21,523 nucleotides of DNA from an uncultured Chloroflexia bacterium. GTDB lineage: Bacteria; Chloroflexota; Dehalococcoidia; DSTF01; JALHUB01. Made by a program: the position numbers and the translations under genes. This document shows positions 1 to 8,135 of this stretch, piece after piece. Every line of letters starts with the position of its first letter. Positions within the stretch are counted from its first letter, which is position 1. Below the pieces are notes generated by a model. That model saw nothing but the letters and a program-made list of their open reading frames with translations. It was not told the origin of the DNA and searched no databases. The stretch lies in assembly GCA_963726245.1 (NCBI GenBank), contig CAVSBT010000045.1, positions 1 through 21,523 on the forward strand, written 5' to 3'.

Positions 1-2
1 TA

Positions 3-401
3 GATGCAGTCCTCGTCACCCCGACCTGACCGGAGTGCTGTCGCGCCGCGCCCGTGCTGGCGCGGACCTTCGAGGCGGCGGGGATGAGCACCGTTCTCGT
101 GACCATGATGCCCTACTGGTCGGAGAAGATCGGCCTGCCGCGCACGGCGGCGGTAGAGTTCCCTTTCGGCCACGCTCTTGGGCACGCCGGCGACGCGGGC
201 GAGCAGGCGGCCGTGATCGGCGATGCCCTGCGCCTGCTGGCGGAGGCACGTGAACCGGGGACGGTGGCGCATCTGCCGTACACGTGGCCGGAGTTCGAGC
301 GCTGGAAGCGGGAGTGGCAGCCGGAAAGGCCCCCTCCCATCATCCGCATGCTGAGAGAGCAGGCGGAGGCACGCCGGCGGGAGGAGGGGTCGACGGGCTG
401 A
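3..401 (+). CDS. Selenoprotein B-like protein of the glycine/betaine/sarcosine/D-proline reductase family (GrdB/PrdB-like), 5'-truncated by the window edge; TGA 27-29 likely Sec
   Basis: Extending the 54..401 ORF upstream reads DAVLVTPT-TGA-PECCRAAPVLARTFEAAGMSTV...GLPRTAAVEFPFGHALG. This matches the family pattern VDAV..(U)xxC..E.AG....PR....P.GH.LG. Confidence 0.8.
46..65 (+). promoter_or_regulatory. Candidate bacterial SECIS hairpin
   Basis: CCGCGCC(46-52)-CGTGCT loop-GGCGCGG(59-65) is a perfect 7-bp stem. There are 23 nt between the TGA and the loop, and the loop has G in its second position. Confidence 0.55.
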
Positions 402-444
402 GCGGACGGTCTGGCCCGGAAGCTGTTTGCTCTGGGCGCTTCGC

Positions 445-473
445 TTTTCAGCAGATTCGGCCTGTGTTAGAAT
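445..473 (+). promoter_or_regulatory. Sigma70-type promoter for rpsA
   Basis: TTTTCA (445-450), 17-bp spacer, extended -10 TG-T-TAGAAT (465-473). Confidence 0.55.
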
Positions 474-568
474 GCAGGCGAGGCTGAGGAGGTCGACGGA
501 GGGGCCTGCCCGATACGTTTGGACTCCCCAGCCGTTTTAACTATGTGTATTGAAGGAGGACCCGCGGT

Positions 569-2440
569 TTGACGGAAAGCCCATGGCAGGAAGCGGGGGG
601 TGGCGACATTTCGGGTGCCGGTGCTGACGAATCCCAGGACATGGGCGCCCTCTTGGCAGGCCAGGACCTCGAATATAGGGACCTGCGCCGCGGCGACGTT
701 ATCGAGGGCCTCGTTATGGGTAACGACCGGGACGGGATTCTCGTCAACGTCGGCTCCAAGTCCGAAGGTGTGATCCCGCCGCACGAGATGCGCTCTCTGG
801 GTCCAGAGGCGGCGGCCAGCCTCAACGTCGGCGAACGCATACTGGTGTACGTCCTTCAGCCTGAGACGCAGGAAGGACAAATCCTCCTCTCGCTGGACCG
901 GGCGCGGGGCGAGAAGGGATGGCGCGTCCTCCAGCAGCGGTTCGAGGAGGGGGAGAGCTTCGAGGCCCAGGTCAGCGGCTACAACAAGGGCGGCCTGCTG
1001 GTGAACGTGGAGGGGGTGCATGCCTTCGTTCCCCTTTCCCAGGTGGTAGGTGTCCGCCCCGAGCGCGTCGACAACGGCGAAAGCGCCCTGGCCCAGATGG
1101 TGGGCAAGAATCTGCACCTCAAGGTCATCGAGATCAATCGCCGGCGGAACCGCGTCATCCTCTCCGAGAGGGCGGCCCTCCAGGAGTGGCGGACTCAGCA
1201 GAAGGACCGCCTCTTGTCAGAGCTGAAAGAGGGTGACATCCGGCGCGGCAAGATCAGTAGCATCCGCAGCTTTGGCGTCTTCGTAGACCTGGGCGGCGCC
1301 GACGGGCTCGCCCACCTCTCTGAGCTCTCCTGGGAACGCAACAAGGCGCCGGAAGAGCTCTTCAGGGTGGGCGACGAGATCGACGTCTACATCATGAAGG
1401 TCGACCAGGAAACCAAGAAGATTGCCCTGAGCCTAAGGCGGGCGCGGCCCGAACTGTGGGAGGAGATTGTCGATAAATATCATGTAGGGGAAGTTGTGCC
1501 CGGGGTGATCACCAAACTGGTTACCTTCGGCGCCTTTGCCCGCATAGAGGGACCCGTAGAGGGGTTGGTCCATGTCTCAGAGCTCGTCGACCGCCGCATC
1601 ACTCATCCCAAGGAGGTGGTCAAGGAGGGCGACATCGTCCCTCTTAAGATACTGCGTGTGGAGCGAGACCGGCACCGTCTGGGCCTGAGCCTGCGGCGGG
1701 CCCGCGACGAGGGCGAAACCTTGGGCTTCGTGTTCTCGCCCGGCGGCGAGGTCGAGCACGTGCCCGACGACCTGCGGGAGCGACTTGCGGTCGAGGAGCT
1801 GGCCCCGGCAGTTGAGCCGGAAGCGCCGTCAGCGGTGGAGGCTGAGCCGGAACCGCTAGTAGAAGCGGAGGCCGAGGCGGAGGCGCCGGTAGAGGCTGAG
1901 GCGCCAATAGAGGCCGAGGTCGCGGCTCCGGCGGAGGTCGAAGCAGAGGCCCCGGCCGAAGCAGAGATTGAGACTCCGGTAGAGGCCGAGGCGGAAGCGC
2001 CGGTAGAGGCTGAGGCGCCAATAGAGGCCGAGGTCGCGGCTCCGGCGGAGGTCGAAGCAGAGGCCCCGGCCGAAGCAGAGATTGAGACTCCGGCAGAGGC
2101 CGAGGCGGAAGCGCCGGTCGAGGCTGAGGCAGAGGTGGTAGAGGCGGAGCCGGAAGCGCCAGCAGATGCTGAGGCGGAGGCGCCAGCGGAAGTCGAGGCT
2201 GAGGCTCCAACAGAGGCCGAGGCGCAAGCGCCGGCAGAGGCCGAAGTCGAGCCGCTCGTAGAAGCTGAGGCGGAAGCGCCGGCAGAGGCCGAAGCAGAGG
2301 CCCCGGCCGAAGTAGAGATTGAGACTCCGTCAGAGGCCGGGTCGGAAACGTCAGAAGGAGCCCCGGTAGAGGACGAGGAAGAGACCGAGCCTGGGGCTTC
2401 GGTGAAAGGCAAGGAGGAAGAGGCCGAGCAGGCGGGGTGA
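569..2440 (+). CDS. rpsA: 30S ribosomal protein S1 (four S1 domains) with a long acidic Glu/Ala/Pro-rich C-terminal tail
   Basis: TTG start 8 nt after AAGGAGGA. S1-domain signatures: [73 protein letters not shown]. Confidence 0.9.
   Translation: MTESPWQEAGGGDISGAGADESQDMGALLAGQDLEYRDLRRGDVIEGLVMGNDRDGILVNVGSKSEGVIPPHEMRSLGPEAAASLNVGERILVYVLQPETQEGQILLSLDRARGEKGWRVLQQRFEEGESFEAQVSGYNKGGLLVNVEGVHAFVPLSQVVGVRPERVDNGESALAQMVGKNLHLKVIEINRRRNRVILSERAALQEWRTQQKDRLLSELKEGDIRRGKISSIRSFGVFVDLGGADGLAHLSELSWERNKAPEELFRVGDEIDVYIMKVDQETKKIALSLRRARPELWEEIVDKYHVGEVVPGVITKLVTFGAFARIEGPVEGLVHVSELVDRRITHPKEVVKEGDIVPLKILRVERDRHRLGLSLRRARDEGETLGFVFSPGGEVEHVPDDLRERLAVEELAPAVEPEAPSAVEAEPEPLVEAEAEAEAPVEAEAPIEAEVAAPAEVEAEAPAEAEIETPVEAEAEAPVEAEAPIEAEVAAPAEVEAEAPAEAEIETPAEAEAEAPVEAEAEVVEAEPEAPADAEAEAPAEVEAEAPTEAEAQAPAEAEVEPLVEAEAEAPAEAEAEAPAEVEIETPSEAGSETSEGAPVEDEEETEPGASVKGKEEEAEQAG
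1868..2330 (+). repeat. Coding tandem repeat in the rpsA tail; near-perfect 114-bp (38-aa) duplication plus shorter degenerate EAEAP units
   Basis: GCGCCGGTAGAGGCTGAGGCGCCAATAGAGGCCGAGG... starts at 1883 and again at 1997 (period 114). Unit: [32 protein letters not shown](V/A)EAEAE. Confidence 0.9.
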
Positions 2441-2609
2441 GGGACACGCGCGCCGCCAGAGGACGAGCATTAGCAGGATGGAGCCGGGCGGAGCTTGATG
2501 GCCAGCAGTAGGTCGGATGCCCTACTACGGGCCGTTTGGCCCCTAGACTAGAATCAAGACCCTATGCTAACGTGGATATAGGGGTGAAAGCCCGGTACGG
2601 AGATTAGAG

Positions 2610-5080
2610 ATGGCGGACCGCTTCGACAAGTTCACTGAAAGGGCACGACGGGTTCTGACCCTCGCTCAGGAAGAGGCTCAGCGCTTCAACCACAACTATA
2701 TCGGCACCGAGCACCTCCTCTTGGGCCTGGTGCGCGAAGGAGATGGCGTTGCTGCCAAGGTACTGGCCAACCTCGGCGTTGAGCTGAACAAGGTTCGCTC
2801 CGCCGTAGAGTTCATCATCGGCCGGGGCGATCGCGCTGTCATGGGCGAGATCGGCCTCACACCACGGGCCAAGAAGGTCATCGAGCTGGCCGTGGACGAG
2901 GCGCGCCGCCTGAACCACCACTACATCGGCACCGAGCACCTGCTCCTGGGCCTGGTCCGCGAGGGCGAAGGCATAGCCGCCGGCGTTCTCGAGAGCCTGG
3001 GCGTCAACCTGGAGCGCGTTCGCGCCGAGACCACGCGCATCCTCTCTCAGAGCATGCCCCAGAGCGCCCACACGGGAGGGCGCACCGCCACCCGCACGCC
3101 CACGGTCGACCAGTTGGGCATGGACCTGACGGCCGCCTCGCGGGCCGGCAAGCTCGACCCAGTCATCGGGCGCCACCGTGAGATCGAGCGTGTGATCCAG
3201 ATCCTGTCGCGGCGCACCAAGAACAACCCGGTCCTCATCGGCGAGCCGGGCGTCGGCAAGACGGCCATCGTCGAAGGTCTGGCCCACCGCATCGTGGCTG
3301 GTGACGTGCCGGAGACGCTCCAGGGGCGCCGCCTATTGACCCTGGACATCGGAGCCCTGGTGGCCGGCACCAAGTACCGCGGCGAGTTCGAAGAGCGGCT
3401 CAAGAAGGTCATCGAGGAGATAAAGACATCGGGCAACTGCATCCTCTTCATCGATGAGATGCACATGCTGGTGGGCGCCGGCGCCGCCGAAGGCGCCGTG
3501 GACGCCGCCAACATCCTCAAGCCCTCTCTGGCCCGGGGCGAGCTCCAGTGCGTCGGGGCCACCACCCTGGACGACTACCGCAAGCACATCGAGCGCGACG
3601 CCGCCCTCGAGCGCCGGCTCCAGCCGGTTCTCGTGGAGGAGCCCACCGTCGAGGAGACCATAGACATACTGCGGGGCATCAAGGAGCGCTACGAGGAGCA
3701 CCACAAGCTCATCATCTCTGATGAGGCCCTGGAGACGGCCGCGGAGCTGGCGGCGCGCTACGTCGCTGACCGCTTCCTCCCCGACAAAGCCATCGACCTC
3801 GTGGACGAGGCGGCTTCCCGCGTCCGCATTCGCAAGTCCGCCACACCACCGTCTCTGAAGGAGGCGCAGCGCGGCCTGGACAGCCTGCGGCACGAGAAAG
3901 AGGCCGCCATATCCTCGCAGCAATACGAGTACGCCGCCGAGCTGCGCGACCGGGAGGTGAAGCTCCAGGAGAAGATCGAGGGCATGGAGGAGGGCTGGGA
4001 GACCGAACGGGAGGCCGCCAAGCCCATCGTCGGCGCCGAGGACATCGCCGAGGTGGTGAGCATGTGGACGGGCATCCCCGTCTCACGCATCGCCAGCGAA
4101 GAGTCCCAGCGCCTGCTCGAGATGGAGGAGGCCCTGCACGCCCGCGTGATCGGCCAGGACGAGGCCATATCGGCCATCGCCAAGGCCGTGCGACGGGCGC
4201 GCGCCGGACTCAAGGACCCCAAGCGGCCCATCGGCGTCTTCATCTTCCTGGGCCCCACGGGCGTCGGCAAGACGCACCTGGCCCGGGTGCTGTCCGAGTT
4301 CATGTTCGGCAGCGAAGACGCCATGATCAAGCTGGACATGTCCGAGTTCATGGAGCGCCACACCGTCTCCCGCCTGGTCGGCGCGCCCCCGGGCTACATC
4401 GGCTACGACGACGGCGGCCAGCTCACGGACACCGTCCGCCGCAAGTCCTACTGCCTGATCCTGCTGGACGAGATCGAGAAGGCGCACCCTGAGATCTTCA
4501 ACATGCTGCTGCAGATCTTCGACGATGGCCACCTGACCGACGCCAAGGGGCGCCGGGTGGACTTCCGCAACACGATCCTCATCATGACCAGCAACGTCGG
4601 CTCCGACCTCATCCGGCGCGAGACCACGCTGGGCTTCGCCAGCAAGACCGACGAGGCGAAGACGGCGGAGCAGCAGTACGAGAAGATGAAGGAGAAGGTG
4701 CTCAACGAGCTGAAGAACATCTTCCGCCCCGAGTTCCTGAACCGCGTCGACGGCACGGTCGTCTTCCACGCCCTGTCCAAGGAGCACATCCGCAAGATCG
4801 TGGAGCTGATGCTGCTCAGACGTCGACAAGCAGCTCTCCTTCAAGGGCGATGACGCTGGAGGTGACCGACGCCGCCAAGGACTGGCTGGGCGAGCAGGGC
4901 TATGACCAGGTCTTCGGCGCGCGGCCGCTGCGCCGCCTCATCCAGAACGAGGTGGAGGACCGGCTCTCCGAGGCCGTGCTGGACGGCCGCTTCCAGGCCG
5001 GCGAGACCATCGTCATCGACTGCGAGGAAGGCTCCATCGTTCTGAAGAGTTCCGAAAAGGCGCTCCCCGCTCCAGCTTGA
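2610..5080 (+). CDS. clpC: ATP-dependent Clp protease ATP-binding subunit ClpC; two apparent 1-bp insertions near 4815-4818 and 4849
   Basis: Two Clp-N repeats ([15 protein letters not shown]), Walker A motifs GEPGVGKT and [11 protein letters not shown]-like linker ([10 protein letters not shown]), [15 protein letters not shown] loop and FRPEFLNR. The C-terminus continues as [10 protein letters not shown] (4819-4848), then [17 protein letters not shown] (4850-5080). Confidence 0.93.
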
Positions 5081-5109
5081 GGCAGCGCCTCCTCCCTGGA
5101 CCAGCAAGC

Positions 5110-5145
5110 AGAGGGCGGGCCCCAAGGCCCGCCCTCTTCCTGTGT
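5110..5145 (+). terminator. Probable intrinsic terminator after clpC
   Basis: Perfect 12-bp stem AGAGGGCGGGCC-CCAA-GGCCCGCCCTCT (5110-5137), followed by only a weak U-tract. Confidence 0.6.
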
Positions 5146-5167
5146 CGGCCGCTGCGGGCGCCTCGTG

Positions 5168-5189
5168 TATAATGGGGCCTCGGAGAGGA
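5168..5189 (+). promoter_or_regulatory. -10 box and RBS for the glycosyltransferase operon
   Basis: Perfect TATAAT at 5168-5173 in GC-rich DNA, then GGAGAGGA just before the TTG at 5194. No convincing -35. Confidence 0.45.
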
Positions 5190-5193
5190 CACC

Positions 5194-6744
5194 TTGGCTG
5201 AGGGGAGCACATCACGCCTGCCTGACGGCCAGGCAGGCGTCGCGCGTACTGAGGCGGCGGCGACGGCGGGTCATCAGGCCTTGCCGGGCGCCGCTCTTAC
5301 GCCCGTGTCCGCCGGAGCGGCCGTTCGGGTAAGGCGACAGGCCTCCGTCCTCCTGAGCCGTTTGTGGGCGGACACCCACCTGCGCTGGCTGATGGCCTTC
5401 CTAGTGCTGGGGCTCGTCCTGCGCGTCACCTGGGTGGCCACGATAAACCCCGACCCTCTGGACGGCCGCTTCGACGACACCAAGTTCTACGACGCATCGG
5501 CCAAGGCCCTGGCCGAGGGCAAGGGCTACATCAACTTCGAGCAGAAACCGACCGCGCGCTGGCCCATCGGCTATTCCGCCACCGTCGCTTCCCTCTATTT
5601 CGTCTTCGGCCACAACCGGCTGGCCCCGAAAGCCCTGAACATCTTCCTGGGCCTGGCCACGGTTGTCGCGGTCTACGTGCTGGGTGCGCGCCTCTTCGGG
5701 AAGCGGGTAGGGCTGGTGGCGGCGGCGCTCCTGGCCCTCTTTCCAAGCCAGATCTTCTTCTCGACGCTGGTGATGACGGAGGTGCTCTTCGCCGCCCTCC
5801 TGACGTTGGTGATCCTGCTGGTCGTTCTCTGGACGCTTCCCCCGACGAATGCCGGGCAGCCGCCCCCAGAAGGGGATGCGTCCGGGCCCGTCGGGGCGGA
5901 CCCGCCGCCGGCGGCCGATGTTAATGACCGACCGGCGGCCTACAAGCTGCTGCTTCTGGGCCTGCTGCTGGGCTACGCCGCCATCACTCGGGGCGAAGGC
6001 AGCATTGTGATCCTGGTGGTACTGCTCATCTGGTGGCTCGCGCGGACTGGGTGGAGGCCTTTCTTGCGTCGCACCGGCTTGCTCCTGGCCGGCGTGGTGG
6101 TCGTCATGGCGCCCTGGAGCATCCGCAACTACCTCCAGTTCGACGCGCCGGTGTTCGTCTCCACGGCCATGGGCTCCGCCCTCTGGCAGGGCAACCGCGC
6201 CGACGCCTACACGCCGGCAGACTTCGGCTTCGATACCAAGTTCTATGACCAGTATGCGAATGTGCCCTACCCGCGGAAGGAAGTGGAGATGAACAACGCC
6301 GCCATGCGGGAGGCGGTGAGCTTCATCGTTCACAATCCACGCACGGAGGCCGGGCTGCTGTTCAAGAAGTTCTACAACCTCTATCGCGAGGACGCCATTG
6401 GGCTGGTCTGGATCGACCAGACCGGCGGCCGGCCCAGCATTCCGGACTCGCTGCAAACGAAGCTGGCGACGGTGGCCAACGCCTACTACTTCGTGGTCCT
6501 CGGTTGGGTGCTCCTGACGGTGCCCTTCTGGTTCTCCTTCCGGGACCGGTCCCGATTCCTGCTCCCCCTGGCGATCCTGGTGCTCACGGCGGCGCACCTC
6601 GTCTTCATCCCTAACCCACGCTATCACTTCGCCTTCATCCCCATCCTCTGCATCCTCGCCGCCCAGGGCGTCGTGGCCGTGCGGCGGCGGCTGACGTCGA
6701 GCGCCGCCGGCGCAGCCGGCGGACCCTCCGCCCAGGCACAGTGA
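5194..6744 (+). CDS. GT-C fold membrane glycosyltransferase (ArnT/PMT_2, GT39/GT83-like), copy 1
   Basis: Many hydrophobic segments, acidic first-loop motif DGRFDD..Y, a PTA.WP.GY motif, STLVMTE, PWSIRN and C-terminal PRYH. Confidence 0.8.
   Translation: MAEGSTSRLPDGQAGVARTEAAATAGHQALPGAALTPVSAGAAVRVRRQASVLLSRLWADTHLRWLMAFLVLGLVLRVTWVATINPDPLDGRFDDTKFYDASAKALAEGKGYINFEQKPTARWPIGYSATVASLYFVFGHNRLAPKALNIFLGLATVVAVYVLGARLFGKRVGLVAAALLALFPSQIFFSTLVMTEVLFAALLTLVILLVVLWTLPPTNAGQPPPEGDASGPVGADPPPAADVNDRPAAYKLLLLGLLLGYAAITRGEGSIVILVVLLIWWLARTGWRPFLRRTGLLLAGVVVVMAPWSIRNYLQFDAPVFVSTAMGSALWQGNRADAYTPADFGFDTKFYDQYANVPYPRKEVEMNNAAMREAVSFIVHNPRTEAGLLFKKFYNLYREDAIGLVWIDQTGGRPSIPDSLQTKLATVANAYYFVVLGWVLLTVPFWFSFRDRSRFLLPLAILVLTAAHLVFIPNPRYHFAFIPILCILAAQGVVAVRRRLTSSAAGAAGGPSAQAQ
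5217..5237. repeat. 21-bp palindromic element CCTGCCTG-N5-CAGGCAGG, copy 1, within coding sequence
   Basis: ACG-CCTGCCTG-ACGGC-CAGGCAGG-CGT (5214-5240), read as RLPDGQAG. Confidence 0.7.
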
Positions 6745-8135
6745 GCGCTCCCGCCCCCGGCCAAGCGCGGCGGCTGAGCGCTTTCCGGCTCAAGCGGAGC
6801 GGGCTGGCCCTTGCCGCTCTCTTTCTTCTCGCGCTGGGTCTCCGGCTGGCCTGGATCGCCTACGTTGACCCGTCGCCCCGTGACGGCCGCTTCGACGATT
6901 CGCTCTGGTACGACGCGAGCGCCCAGACCATCGCCCACGGCCAGGGCTACATCTTCTTCGACGGAGCGCCTACGGCGATCTGGCCCGTCGGCTATCCCGC
7001 CTTCCTCGCCGCCGTCTACCGCGTGACAGACGACAGCGTTGTCGCGGCGAAGGTGGCCAACGCCTTCCTGGGCGCGCTGACGGTGGTGGGGGTGTACTTC
7101 CTGGGAAGGCTGGTCATCGGCCCGCGGGCCGGCCTGCCTGCCGGACAGGCAGGCTGGGCGGCCGCCCTGGTCCTCACCTTCTTCCCGAACCAGGTCTTCT
7201 TCTCCACCCTCGTCATGTCGGAGATACTGTCGGCCTTTCTCCTTCTACTGGTGCTGCTGGCGGTGGTCTACCTGACCCTGGACCGAGAGCGCAGCCGCTG
7301 GTGGGGCGCGGCCGTCGTAGGCGTGCTGGTCGGGCTGACGGCGATGGTGCGAGGCGAGTTCATGCTCTTCTTCCTGGTGCCGTTGTTGCCGTGGAGGCTG
7401 GTGCTGGGGAGCTGGCGGCGTGCCCTGGGCTACCTTGGAGTCGCCTTCGTGGCGATGGCGCTGGTGCTGACGCCGTGGACGGTGCGCAACACCGTGCGCC
7501 TCGGCTACCCTGTCGTCGGAGCGACCGGGGCGATAGCGAACTTCCTGGCCGGCCACTGGTCGGGCGCCGATGGGGCGGCCACCTTCGGCGCCGAGAGGTC
7601 TATCCTGGAGCAGTACAAGGACCTTCCGAACCCGCAGCACGAGGTGGCGGTGTACAAGGCTGAGATCCGGAAAGGCGTGGCCTGGGCGGTGCGTCACCCC
7701 TGGGATGAGGTCACACTAGTGCCCCGCAAGCTCTACCACCTCTACCGGGCCGACGACCCGGCGATGCTCTGGACCCAAAACCACCCGGTGCTCAGCGATG
7801 AGCACGTGGACTGGTTTGGCACCATATCCAACGGCTACTATTACGTTGTCGGCGGCTGGATTCTCCTCAGCCTGCCGGTCTGGTGGTCACTGCGCGATCC
7901 GAGGCGGCTCCTCCTCATCATGACCCTGTCCTACTTCTCATTCATATTCGGGGTAGTCTTCGTCGGGGACCTGCGCTACCACTTCGCCCTCGTGCCGGCG
8001 GGTGCCGTGCTCGCCTCGCCGGCATTGGTGGCGGTCTGGGAGCACGTGAGGCGCGGCAAAGAGGCGGCTGTCGGTGACGCCGGGCGGCCTGCGTCCGGGC
8101 TCGTCGAGAGCGCCTTGGGCGGAGGCGGCGAGTGA
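6741..8135 (+). CDS. GT-C fold membrane glycosyltransferase, copy 2
   Basis: GTGA overlap with copy 1. Same motifs: DGRFDD, PTAIWPVGY, STLVMSE, PWTVRN, LRYH. Confidence 0.8.
   Translation: MSAPAPGQARRLSAFRLKRSGLALAALFLLALGLRLAWIAYVDPSPRDGRFDDSLWYDASAQTIAHGQGYIFFDGAPTAIWPVGYPAFLAAVYRVTDDSVVAAKVANAFLGALTVVGVYFLGRLVIGPRAGLPAGQAGWAAALVLTFFPNQVFFSTLVMSEILSAFLLLLVLLAVVYLTLDRERSRWWGAAVVGVLVGLTAMVRGEFMLFFLVPLLPWRLVLGSWRRALGYLGVAFVAMALVLTPWTVRNTVRLGYPVVGATGAIANFLAGHWSGADGAATFGAERSILEQYKDLPNPQHEVAVYKAEIRKGVAWAVRHPWDEVTLVPRKLYHLYRADDPAMLWTQNHPVLSDEHVDWFGTISNGYYYVVGGWILLSLPVWWSLRDPRRLLLIMTLSYFSFIFGVVFVGDLRYHFALVPAGAVLASPALVAVWEHVRRGKEAAVGDAGRPASGLVESALGGGGE
7133..7153. repeat. 21-bp palindromic element CCTGCCTG-N5-CAGGCAGG, copy 2, in-frame insertion
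   Basis: CCTGCCTG-CCGGA-CAGGCAGG is absent from the aligned site of the paralog (about 8531-8539): GPRAG-LPAGQAG-WAAA versus GPRAG-WAAA. Confidence 0.8.

Noticed and set aside
1868-2330. Repeat array as a possible CRISPR
   Set aside because: The repeats are contiguous, in frame and coding, with no unique spacers or cas genes.
1603-2447. Long Ser/Ala-rich and Pro/Leu-rich minus-strand ORFs
   Set aside because: Antisense shadows of the rpsA EAEAP repeat.
2470-2570. TTAGCA ... TGCTAA as a CIRCE (HrcA) operator for clpC
   Set aside because: The half-sites are about 90 bp apart rather than separated by 9 bp, and they lack the CTC/GAG cores.
4850-5080. Separate 76-aa gene
   Set aside because: It is the C-terminal D2-small domain of ClpC, cut off by frameshifts.
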